Assembly (NCBI GenBank): GCA_040326155.1
Contig: JBEQLE010000024.1
Location: forward strand, 4,860 to 20,801
Length of the DNA stretch: 15,942 bases
Source: Leptospirales bacterium
GTDB taxonomy: Bacteria; Spirochaetota; Leptospiria; Turneriellales; JAOUFE01
Direction: 5' to 3'
How positions within the stretch are numbered: position 1 is the stretch's first letter; the number at the start of each line of letters is the position of its first letter. Positions 1 to 7,960 of the stretch are shown here, one piece after another. The translations under genes and the position numbers were made by a program. The notes below the pieces were generated by a model that worked only from the letters and a program-made list of their open reading frames with translations, ran no database searches and was not told the origin of the DNA.

Positions 1-2
1 AT

Positions 3-107
3 AAATTGCTGGATAATGATAACAAATCTGATAATATTTATAAAAGTTTGGAAACCCCTGAAACCCCTGAAACCCCTGAAACCCCCGAAACCCCCGAAAC
101 TCCTTAA
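3..107 (+). CDS. 3' end of an unidentified protein entering from the left, ending ...KLLDNDNKSDNIYKSL(ETP)x6*
   Basis: The frame starting at base 3 is open to TAA at 105-107. The 9-bp repeat at 51-104 is in frame and its variants fall only at synonymous third positions (CCT/CCC, ACC/ACT). The stop overlaps the ruvX stop in TTAA (104-107). It is not in the ORF track because it is partial. Confidence 0.65.
   Translation, partial: KLLDNDNKSDNIYKSLETPETPETPETPETPETP
51..104 (+). repeat. 9-bp tandem repeat (VNTR), 6 copies of GAAAC(C/T)CC(T/C)
   Basis: GAAACCCCT x3 (51-77), GAAACCCCC x2 (78-95) and GAAACTCCT (96-104), read directly from the sequence. Confidence 0.95.
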
Positions 108-547
108 TCTTCCGTAGAATTCTTTTTTAAAAACGATTGTAATATAAACCCGGCGGCAACAGAATCTCGTTTTCCTTTTTTTTGAACGGTTTTTTTTTTC
201 GATCTTTTCGGAGTTAATTCATTTAAATGATCACTTGCTTGTTCTGATGAATACGATTCATCATGCAGTAAAACCGGAATAGTAAAGTTTTTTTCAATGC
301 GGTTTTTAAATTCAATAATTTGTCTTTGAATACGATTTAGAGTTTCGAGGTCGTGCTGTGGATAACCAAGAATAATTTTTTGAGGTTTATACTCGTTTAA
401 CAAGGCAGTAAAGCGATTCCAAAACTCAGGTTTCTGAAATTCCAAAACAGGTAACGGCGTAATTGTAATTTGCATCTCATCTGTAACCGCAAACCCGACG
501 CGCTGCAACCCGAAATCAATTGCCAAAAGCCTAGGGCTTAGTTTCAC
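104..547 (-). CDS. ruvX: YqgF/RuvX family RNase H-fold nuclease (pre-16S rRNA nuclease / putative Holliday junction resolvase)
   Basis: Motifs LLAIDFGxxRVGFAVTD, IILGYP, DESYSS and RDSVAAxxILQ. GTG start with an upstream AAGGA ribosome-binding site on the minus strand. Confidence 0.93.
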   Translation of the reverse strand: MKLSPRLLAIDFGLQRVGFAVTDEMQITITPLPVLEFQKPEFWNRFTALLNEYKPQKIILGYPQHDLETLNRIQRQIIEFKNRIEKNFTIPVLLHDESYSSEQASDHLNELTPKRSKKKTVQKKGKRDSVAAGFILQSFLKKNSTED

Positions 548-624
548 AAAAAATCCTTTTTATTTCCATAATGAATAAAATATAAAAGCATTTATAAAGA
601 AGGGATGAAAAGTTTTTTTATCCA

Positions 625-1674
625 TTATTCCTTATCTTCTTTATAAACTTCGGTTTCAATTGCTTTGACTCGTTTGGCCAATTCTGGTAATTTATCGATG
701 ATGCTGTTAATTCTGTGCATTTTTATTACTGGTCGAGCTGGAATTCCAAAATAGGTTTTTTTGGGTTCCGTGTTTTCATGCACTCCGGTAAAGGCCAGTA
801 TTATACACTTTTCGGCAATGGTCACATGATCTGCTACGCCGCAACCTCCGGCGAGTATGGCGCCGTCTTTGACTATGACGCTCCCTGAAAGTGAGGCTTT
901 ACCAGCGATGTATACGTATTTTCCGATGAGGCAATTGTGAGCGACTTGAACCTGGTTATCAATTTTAGTATGTTCATCGATTACGGTGTCTTCAATTGTG
1001 GCGCGGTCGATGGTTGTGCAGGCTCCGATATCTACATGGTCATGTATGCGAACAATTCCTATTTGAGGAATCTTATAGCGGACCCCGGCTTCATCGTGGT
1101 AACCAAACCCGTCCGAACCAATAACCGAGTTTTCAAACAAGGTGCAACCATTACCGACGATACAACGACGGCCCACCACAGCCCCGCTTCGAACAACGGT
1201 GTCGTTACCAATTTGCGCCATGTTTTCTACGACGGCGCCCGGATAAACAACACAATTATCACCGATTCTGGCGCCTTCCATAATTACCGCGCCCGGGTAT
1301 ATTCGTGTATTTGCACCGACTTCGGAATCAGGGTGTATATGAATACCTTCCATATCCGCAGGTTTATTATCCGGGTCAAAAAATTCGAGAGCTTTTATAA
1401 AGCTGATACGCAAGCTCTTTTCAGCATTTTTGGCAACAACAAGAGCATTTGTAAAATTATCTTGGAATTGCGAAAGGCATAGAGCGACACCCATAACCTG
1501 TTTTGAAACTGTCTCTGCCAATTTTTCATTTTCAATTGTATATAAACAGTTTTCTTTGAATTTTGCTCCAGGTACTAAACGGTTCGTATCGCAGATGGAT
1601 AAAACTTTATATGTTGGGTCGCCTGTAAAATCGCATTCACAAAGTTTGCTTAACTCTTCTAATGTAATTTCCAT
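625..1674 (-). CDS. lpxD: UDP-3-O-(3-hydroxyacyl)glucosamine N-acyltransferase (lipid A biosynthesis)
   Basis: Hexapeptide repeats, the VIGSDGFGY, KIPQIG and TIDRAT motifs, and KIDNQVQVAHN with the catalytic His. FGIPARP is followed by a C-terminal helix ending LPELAKRVKAIE. Confidence 0.95.
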   Translation of the reverse strand: MEITLEELSKLCECDFTGDPTYKVLSICDTNRLVPGAKFKENCLYTIENEKLAETVSKQVMGVALCLSQFQDNFTNALVVAKNAEKSLRISFIKALEFFDPDNKPADMEGIHIHPDSEVGANTRIYPGAVIMEGARIGDNCVVYPGAVVENMAQIGNDTVVRSGAVVGRRCIVGNGCTLFENSVIGSDGFGYHDEAGVRYKIPQIGIVRIHDHVDIGACTTIDRATIEDTVIDEHTKIDNQVQVAHNCLIGKYVYIAGKASLSGSVIVKDGAILAGGCGVADHVTIAEKCIILAFTGVHENTEPKKTYFGIPARPVIKMHRINSIIDKLPELAKRVKAIETEVYKEDKE

Positions 1675-1694
1675 GTTAAATGATTGAGTCTCGA

Positions 1695-2480
1695 CTAAAA
1701 TTTCATATGGAGTCTAATCAGGGTCTTTTTTGGACCTGGCAGAAAATCAATTTGATACTTGTTGCTTTTCGGGAATATAATACGTAAAATTGTTCCGGCA
1801 ACAAAACCGCCCATTGCGCCATAACCCAACCCATGCCATATGTCATTCACATCGTTTGATGTAATATATACCATAGAACCGGATATAGTGCCAAGTAAGA
1901 TACCGCCCAAAGCTCCGTACCAACCGTAATTAAAAAAACCTGGGCCAATGGAAAAAGGTTTGCCTTTAATTCTTTCGATAATTCCTATGGTTATCGCAGA
2001 TAATCCACCCACGCCTATTCCAACAAGCGCAAACATTTGTATATTTGATTTGGACGTAACCGTGTCGGTACTATCGTATAAAACGAGACCGCCCATAGCA
2101 CCGATGGAACCACCGGTAATAATACCATATGTCATATTGATCATAATATGTTCGAACACATTATAATTAGTGATCGAATGTGTGAACTTTTCGATCATTT
2201 CAGAACTTTTTGAGACAGGCGGAGTTTTTCGTTTTTCTGTTTTGTCTTTCTTATCTTTCGTGTTTTTCTTGTCTTCATCAGTAGTATTTGAACTGTTATC
2301 ATCTTCATTTGAATCTGACTGAGCGATCAGGGAAGAATTTGAAGGGAGTGGACTGGAATTCAATTGCGAAACTGGAAAAATAAGAAGGCACGCCAGTGCG
2401 ATTATTTGTTTGAGTCTTGTTTTTATTTTATTTTTTAACATTGCGTCTATTCTCATATAAAGAATGAATTTGAAAAGCAA
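1695..2480 (-). CDS. Hypothetical exported/membrane protein with a signal peptide, charged low-complexity linker and duplicated glycine-zipper helices; the true start is probably a downstream ATG (MRIDA or MLKNK)
   Basis: Basic N-terminus, then hydrophobic IIALACLLIFP and a D/E/K/S-rich linker. Four GxxxG-rich hydrophobic segments follow and the protein ends in Phe. It lies between pssA and lpxD with short gaps. Confidence 0.75.
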   Translation of the reverse strand: MLFKFILYMRIDAMLKNKIKTRLKQIIALACLLIFPVSQLNSSPLPSNSSLIAQSDSNEDDNSSNTTDEDKKNTKDKKDKTEKRKTPPVSKSSEMIEKFTHSITNYNVFEHIMINMTYGIITGGSIGAMGGLVLYDSTDTVTSKSNIQMFALVGIGVGGLSAITIGIIERIKGKPFSIGPGFFNYGWYGALGGILLGTISGSMVYITSNDVNDIWHGLGYGAMGGFVAGTILRIIFPKSNKYQIDFLPGPKKTLIRLHMKF

Positions 2481-2506
2481 ATTAATACTTTTTTGTGATA
2501 TTCTTT

Positions 2507-3271
2507 CTATTCTCGTCCATTCAATCGTCCAAAAACCAGTTTAACTTTTTGCAACAAGTGAAGCCCCAGCGCTATGAACCCTGAAAATATGTAGAAAGCC
2601 AGAACTGCCAGGGTTGTCCAGTACCACTTAAACCAGAAGGCCGAAAAAGTCAGAAGCAGCACCAGAGCTACAAACCGGTATTTATTGAAATATTTTCGTA
2701 AACTGATATGCGGTTTTGAATATTTGATGTTGCTGGACATTAAAAAAGCCAGACCGAGAAAAATAGCTATGGCTACAGTTGCGTTTACCATGTAGATGCG
2801 GTTGATTACCGCCATTATGGCTATAAAAGTACCTGCAATCGGTGAAGGTAGACCTAAAAAGGAGTCGCCATCGTGTTCAACATTAAACCTGGCAAGTCGA
2901 AAGGCAGCACTTAACGGATAAATTACAGTTATAATGGCCCCGAGAGGCAAAGAAAACGATCCAATGTCAAATTTTATACTGTTTAAAAACATGGCATAAA
3001 TTAAAATAGCAGGGGCAAGGCCAAAAGTTACTAAATCAGCAAGCGAGTCAAGTTGTTCGCCCATCTGGGTTTCTACATTCAACCATCTTGCAACGGTTCC
3101 GTCAAATCCGTCAAATATAGCGGCAACCAGGATGAGTAGCCCGGAGATAAAAAACAGGCGTGAGTTATCGTAATCCTGACCGTATACAGCGTTCATCGCC
3201 CAAAGTATAGATATAACGCCTAAAGCTAAATTGCCAAGAGAAAGGGAGTTTGGTATCCAGGATTTATTCAT
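2507..3271 (-). CDS. pssA: CDP-diacylglycerol--serine O-phosphatidyltransferase (CDP-alcohol phosphotransferase type)
   Basis: CDP-alcohol motif DGFDGTVAR...GEQLDSLADLVTFGLAPA, plus RLARFN and FLGLPSP. The start is reassigned from 3310 to the ATG at 3271 (MNKSWIPNSLSLGN, the typical PssA 'IPN.L..GN' start) with AAGGA upstream. Confidence 0.9.
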   Translation of the reverse strand: MNKSWIPNSLSLGNLALGVISILWAMNAVYGQDYDNSRLFFISGLLILVAAIFDGFDGTVARWLNVETQMGEQLDSLADLVTFGLAPAILIYAMFLNSIKFDIGSFSLPLGAIITVIYPLSAAFRLARFNVEHDGDSFLGLPSPIAGTFIAIMAVINRIYMVNATVAIAIFLGLAFLMSSNIKYSKPHISLRKYFNKYRFVALVLLLTFSAFWFKWYWTTLAVLAFYIFSGFIALGLHLLQKVKLVFGRLNGRE

Positions 3272-3395
3272 ATCGTTTACATTTCCTTTGTATTCACCAC
3301 ATACAACCATTTTTCTTGGAGGTTTGACCGGTAATTGTTTACCTTCAATATTAAATTAATTGAAGCCATGTTTCCTTTCTTGAGGATGTCGTTGT
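3272..3395. promoter_or_regulatory. Divergent promoter region pssA / thrC, with a possible -35 TTGACC (3324-3329), two inverted repeats and the thrC ribosome-binding site GAGGA (3382-3386)
   Basis: Position between divergent starts. Inverted repeats are GGTAA-N4-TTACC (3330-3343) and CTTCAAT-N9-ATTGAAG (3343-3365). The -10 element is not clear. Confidence 0.45.
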
Positions 3396-4742
3396 ATGAG
3401 ATATAATGCACATTTTCAATGTATCGGTGGCTGTGAAGATCGTCACAGCTTAAACGATGTTGTCTATCGTTGTCCGAACTGTGGTAATCTTCTTGAGGTC
3501 GTTCATGATGTCGACGCTTTAAAAGACCGTTCAGCAGAAAGTTGGATTCAACTTTTTCGTGAAAGATATGGAACATCTCAGTTTCCTTTTGGCTCCGGAG
3601 TCTGGGGAAAAAAAGAGTGGGTATTACCACAAATTGAAGACCAGCATATTGTTTCTATGTACGAAGGTTCGACCAACCTGTTTCGTGGAGAACGTCTTGG
3701 AAAACTGTTTGGTCAAAAAGAGTTGTGGGTTAAACTCTGTGGAAATAGTCACACTGGTTCATTTAAAGATTTAGGTATGACCGTACTTGTTAGTCAGGTA
3801 AAATCGATGATAGCAGCAGGAAAACCAATTAAAGCAGTCGCATGCGCCTCTACGGGGGATACCTCTGCTGCGCTTGCCGCGTACGCCGCGAATGCAGAAA
3901 TACCGGCCGTTATTTTATTACCAAAAGATAAAGTTTCTTTAGCTCAGTTGATTCAGCCTGTTTCCAATGGGGCGACCGTGCTTGCCTTAGATACAGATTT
4001 TGATGGTTGTATGAAAATTGTTCAAGAGTTAACTCATGATAAAGAAATTTATCTGGCGAACTCTATGAATAGTCTTCGCATTGAAGGGCAAAAAACTGTG
4101 GGTATTGAAGTTGTGCAACAGTTGGACTGGCGCGTACCGGACTGGTTTATTATTCCTGGTGGAAATCTTGGAAATGTCACCGCTTTGGGTAACGGTTTGA
4201 CCATGCTTCATGAGCTTGGATTAATACAAAAACTTCCGCGTATTGCTCTGGCTCAGGCGGAAAAAGCAAATCCTTTATATATCTCTTTTCAAAAAAAGTT
4301 TGAAGAGTTTGAAGCCGTAAAAGCGCAGGAAACTCTTGCTTCTGCTATTCAAATTGGAAATCCTGTATCGGTGAATAAAGCAATACGAACGTTAAGAAAA
4401 TTTAATGGTGTAGTAGAACAAGCGAGTGAAGACGAACTTGCCAACGCAGCAGCTTTGGCCGATTTCTCGGGATTAATGACAGACCCACATACTGGTGTAG
4501 CATTAGCCGCGTTACAAAAACTACAGAAGAAAAAAATAATCGATCGGGAAGAGACTGTTGTTGTAATTTCAACTGCTAACGGATTGAAATTTGTCGATTT
4601 TAAAGTGAAGTATCATGAAGGGACTCTGAGTGAAGCGACGGTGAAACACCAAAACCCTCCGATTGAATTAAAAGCGGATGTGGAAGCAGTAAAAAAAATT
4701 GTACATAAAAAAGTCGATGACTTAATGAAAAAAGGATATTAA
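3396..4742 (+). CDS. thrC: Threonine synthase, plant-like subfamily, with an N-terminal Cys4 zinc-ribbon motif
   Basis: PLP-lysine motif [10 protein letters not shown], plus [38 protein letters not shown] and PHTGVALAA. The N-terminal [13 protein letters not shown] block resembles plant threonine synthases as recalled. CIGGC...CPNC lies at the N-terminus. Confidence 0.95.
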   Translation: MRYNAHFQCIGGCEDRHSLNDVVYRCPNCGNLLEVVHDVDALKDRSAESWIQLFRERYGTSQFPFGSGVWGKKEWVLPQIEDQHIVSMYEGSTNLFRGERLGKLFGQKELWVKLCGNSHTGSFKDLGMTVLVSQVKSMIAAGKPIKAVACASTGDTSAALAAYAANAEIPAVILLPKDKVSLAQLIQPVSNGATVLALDTDFDGCMKIVQELTHDKEIYLANSMNSLRIEGQKTVGIEVVQQLDWRVPDWFIIPGGNLGNVTALGNGLTMLHELGLIQKLPRIALAQAEKANPLYISFQKKFEEFEAVKAQETLASAIQIGNPVSVNKAIRTLRKFNGVVEQASEDELANAAALADFSGLMTDPHTGVALAALQKLQKKKIIDREETVVVISTANGLKFVDFKVKYHEGTLSEATVKHQNPPIELKADVEAVKKIVHKKVDDLMKKGY

Positions 4743-4745
4743 TCA

Positions 4746-5933
4746 ATGGCAGATAATAACGAAAAGCATGGTTTTTCTACTCGAGCCGTTCATTCGGGCG
4801 AGTTTGACCACGAAAATACGCATTCACTAACAACGCCGATTTTCCAGACTTCAACTTATAAGTTTAAGAATACGGCGGAGGTAAATTCTTTTTTTGCAGG
4901 CGATACAACACGAGTTGCAGAATATGGCCGATACGGAAATCCAACTCAAATGGCTGCGGAAGAAAAGCTACGGTCTCTGGAAAATGCAGAAGCGGCTTTA
5001 CTCTTTTCGAGTGGTATGGCTGCCGTAACCACTGCAATTTTAGCGCTTTGCAAACAGGGAGATCATGTTGTTATAACATCTGACAGTTACCGGCGAACTC
5101 GCCAATTTATTTTAGGGTTTATGCCGAAGTTTGGGCTTGAGTTTTCGGTCGTGGAACCCGACGCTGCAACCATCGAAAATAGTGTTAAAGACAATACTAA
5201 ATTAATTATTTCGGAAGCTCCGACAAACCCGTATTTACGTGTTCTGGATCTTGCCGCCCTTGTAAGTGTTGCTAAAAAGCATAAGGTGAAAACTTTAATT
5301 GATTCAACGCTGGCTACGCCTATTAACCTTCGTCCGCTTGAATACGGTGTCGACCTGGTAACCCATTCGGCAACAAAATACTTTGGCGGACACAACGACT
5401 TATTGGCCGGTGTATTAATGGGTAAAGAGTCTTTAATAAATGCCATACAAGATTTACAGGGTATGTTAGGACCTATTACTGACCCGAATACCAGTTATTT
5501 GATTATTCGCGGTTTAAAGACGCTTTCTTTAAGAGTAGAACGGCAAAATAAAACGGCTTTAGCCGTTGCCCGGTTCCTCGAAACTCATCCGAAAGTGGAA
5601 AAGACATGGTATCCTGGAATTGAATCTCACCCTGATTACGAAGTCGCAAAAAAACAGATGACGGGTTTTGGCGGAGTCGTGTCTTTTCAGGTCAAAGGTG
5701 ATCTTGAGGTTGCGAGTAAAATGATTGATAATATGAAAATACCATTAATTGCTCCTTCGTTAGGCGGCGTAGAGTCATTAATTGAACAACCCTCGTTAAT
5801 GAGTTACTATGAGTTGTCCTCTGCAGAGCGTGAGGCGATTGGAATATTCGATAATTTAATTCGCTTTTCAATTGGTGTAGAAGATGAAGAAGATATAATA
5901 CAAGATTTACGCCAGGCTTTGGACTCCATCTGA
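4746..5933 (+). CDS. metB: Cystathionine gamma-synthase, plant-like (Cys/Met metabolism PLP family)
   Basis: Family motifs EYGRYGNPT, FSSGMAA, EAPTNP, HSATKYFGGHND (PLP Lys), RGLKTL and APSLGGVESLIEQP. It has DSYRRTR instead of the YGGT of most bacterial transsulfuration enzymes, and QPSLMSYY, both plant-CGS-like. Confidence 0.82.
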   Translation: MADNNEKHGFSTRAVHSGEFDHENTHSLTTPIFQTSTYKFKNTAEVNSFFAGDTTRVAEYGRYGNPTQMAAEEKLRSLENAEAALLFSSGMAAVTTAILALCKQGDHVVITSDSYRRTRQFILGFMPKFGLEFSVVEPDAATIENSVKDNTKLIISEAPTNPYLRVLDLAALVSVAKKHKVKTLIDSTLATPINLRPLEYGVDLVTHSATKYFGGHNDLLAGVLMGKESLINAIQDLQGMLGPITDPNTSYLIIRGLKTLSLRVERQNKTALAVARFLETHPKVEKTWYPGIESHPDYEVAKKQMTGFGGVVSFQVKGDLEVASKMIDNMKIPLIAPSLGGVESLIEQPSLMSYYELSSAEREAIGIFDNLIRFSIGVEDEEDIIQDLRQALDSI

Positions 5934-6880
5934 TGAAAACAAAAAACCAACCAATACTCGCTGTAAAAAATACTATTTTAGAAACCATAGGGAATACCCC
6001 CTTGGTGCGCCTGCGAAATATTGTAGCAAATTTACCTTCTACGATGGAAATATGGGTGAAAATAGAAGGGGCAAACCCCGGAGGTTCGGTGAAAGACAGG
6101 CCGGCCTACCAGATGGTCAGTGACGGTCTTGAAAACGGTGAGCTTACTCTGGACAAAATTATTCTCGATTCTACATCAGGCAATACAGGCATCGCCCTTG
6201 CGCTTATTGGCAGTATAATAAAAATGCCTGTGACACTTTGTTTACCGGAGAATGTTTCGATTGAACGAAAGGCAAAAATACTTGCTTATGGAGCAGAACC
6301 AGTGTACACTTCACCGATGGAAGGTTCCGACGGGGCGATTGTAAAAGCCCGTGAAATGTATGAAAATGAACCGGATAAATATTTTAAACCCGATCAATAT
6401 GCGAACCCATCCAACCCCAAAGCTCATTTTTTAACTACCGGACCCGAAATCTGGAAGCAAACAGAAGGGAGAGTAACTCATTTTATTTCAACGATCGGTA
6501 CCTCTGGAACTCTCATGGGTACGGGAAAGTATTTAAAAAATGAAAATTCACAAATAAAAGTATACGCCGCTGAACCTGACGACGCTTTTCATGGTTTAGA
6601 AGGGTTAAAACACATGGAGTCTTCGCTTGTACCCGGTATCTATGACCCATCCTGGCTGGATGGAATTATTTCGATACCAACTGACCCTTCTTATGATTTA
6701 GTTCGAAAAATGGCTATGGATGACGGTATATTTGCTGGTCAATCTTCAGGCGGAGCTGTCTGGGCAGCCATTGAAATGGCCCAGCGTTTAATTGAGGCGG
6801 GTCAAAAAGAAGCTGTCATAGTAACTGTGCTACCTGACTCTGGTGACAAATATTATTCAAAAGGTTTATGGGACTACTAA
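5933..6880 (+). CDS. cysM: Cysteine synthase family PLP enzyme (CysM-like, likely O-phosphoserine sulfhydrylase type)
   Basis: Motifs IGNTPLV, NPGGSVKDR (PLP Lys54), STSGNTGIA, DQYANP, GTSGTLMG, HGLEGLKHM and PDSGDKYYS. TGATG translational coupling to metB. Confidence 0.85.
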   Translation: MKTKNQPILAVKNTILETIGNTPLVRLRNIVANLPSTMEIWVKIEGANPGGSVKDRPAYQMVSDGLENGELTLDKIILDSTSGNTGIALALIGSIIKMPVTLCLPENVSIERKAKILAYGAEPVYTSPMEGSDGAIVKAREMYENEPDKYFKPDQYANPSNPKAHFLTTGPEIWKQTEGRVTHFISTIGTSGTLMGTGKYLKNENSQIKVYAAEPDDAFHGLEGLKHMESSLVPGIYDPSWLDGIISIPTDPSYDLVRKMAMDDGIFAGQSSGGAVWAAIEMAQRLIEAGQKEAVIVTVLPDSGDKYYSKGLWDY

Positions 6881-6894
6881 AATAAAAAAATAAA

Positions 6895-7959
6895 GTGAAT
6901 TTACACCGCCGAAAAAACATAAAAAAACGCCGGGGCTTTTTTATTTTTATGATCTCCGTAACATTGGTAACCATGGCGTTATCGATGACTATTAGTATTT
7001 ATTATAGCGCTTTTTCAGAAGTGAACAGGGTTAAACAAAATTCGGAACGAGTAAAATCCAGGTATTATGCGCAAAGTGGGCTTGCTTTAGCAGTTTTGTT
7101 TTTGCGTAGAGTTTCCTGGAAAGAGCTTTACAATTTTAATCTGTTTGGTGTTCCTATTACAAAAATTAAAGGTGATGTGCAATATACGTTTACAATTACC
7201 GAAGAAACAGGCAAGTTGAATTTGAACGCTCTGGTCAATTTTTTTAACGATGATGTAAATCTATCATCGCGGGAAATGTTCGATCGTCTTGGTGAGAATT
7301 TTGGTGTTCCAGTAGATTATTGGGACGCTGTAATCGACTGGATAGATGATAATAGTGTTCGAATGCCAGGTGGCGATGAAAGCGTTGACTATGCGGCGAT
7401 GACCCCTCCACGAAGGGCAAAAAATTCTCGTTTACATTCGGTGGAAGAGCTATTATTTATTGAGAAATTTAACCCTTATATTTTATTTGAGGACGGACGT
7501 ACAAAAGAAGAAAAAGAGATGTACTCGAAAGATTTTTTGAGCGATGCGGAACAATTTGCCATTGATGAAGATGTGGATTATATTTTAGCAAATAATCTTA
7601 CTGTTTATGTTCCAGAAAACCCGCCTGGGGATATCTGGAAAATAAACATTAACTCGGCTCCCTATCATGTTGTTTTATCGTTATCAGCATTTATGATGCC
7701 GAAAACAGCCAGAAAGATCTTAGCGGCCCGTTGGGAAAATGGCGGTTACTTTACAAAATTGGACGAATTAGCCACCATAAAAGAGTTACAAGAAGACACC
7801 GGGGGTGGTGTTACACTTTTTACCGAAATTAAAGAAAAGATTGTAATTCGGGAACGAATTTATAAAATAGTCGTTGAAGCTCAAGTGGGTTCGCAGAGGG
7901 CTCATGTTTTAGGGATTTACGATGTTGTTGCTAAAAAACTGATATTGTATTTGGAGTAG
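6895..7959 (+). CDS. gspK: Type II secretion minor pseudopilin GspK
   Basis: Class III signal KKRRG|F followed by a hydrophobic helix without Glu5, as is typical for GspK. It also has EETGKLNLN, DAVIDWIDD, SVEEL and KININSAP. Confidence 0.9.
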   Translation: MNLHRRKNIKKRRGFFIFMISVTLVTMALSMTISIYYSAFSEVNRVKQNSERVKSRYYAQSGLALAVLFLRRVSWKELYNFNLFGVPITKIKGDVQYTFTITEETGKLNLNALVNFFNDDVNLSSREMFDRLGENFGVPVDYWDAVIDWIDDNSVRMPGGDESVDYAAMTPPRRAKNSRLHSVEELLFIEKFNPYILFEDGRTKEEKEMYSKDFLSDAEQFAIDEDVDYILANNLTVYVPENPPGDIWKININSAPYHVVLSLSAFMMPKTARKILAARWENGGYFTKLDELATIKELQEDTGGGVTLFTEIKEKIVIRERIYKIVVEAQVGSQRAHVLGIYDVVAKKLILYLE

Positions 7960-7960
7960 A

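Noticed and set aside
51..104. Possible CRISPR array or telomere-like repeat
   Set aside because: The 9-bp units are contiguous with no spacers, they translate in frame as ETP, and there are no cas genes.
190..199. A10 homopolymer in ruvX as a phase-variation or frameshift site
   Set aside because: The frame is intact through the conserved downstream DSVAA motif, and the tract is explained by Lys codons in an AT-rich genome.
603..623. Hairpin GGATGAAAA...TTTTTATCC between lpxD and ruvX as a terminator
   Set aside because: The stem is weak and AT-rich, with a mismatch on the transcribed (minus) strand and no clean U-tract.
937..1482. 181-aa + strand ORF (and 1430-1687, 1948-2166)
   Set aside because: These are antisense shadows of lpxD and the neighbouring gene, with no recognisable motifs.
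3272..3395. SAM riboswitch, T-box or Thr leader-peptide attenuator upstream of thrC
   Set aside because: The region is only 124 bp and is shared with the divergent gene. There is no SAM-I core, T-box motif, Thr/Ile-rich leader ORF or terminator hairpin.
3277..3630. 117-aa minus-strand ORF across the pssA/thrC intergenic region
   Set aside because: It overlaps thrC antisense for more than 230 bp and has no recognisable domain.
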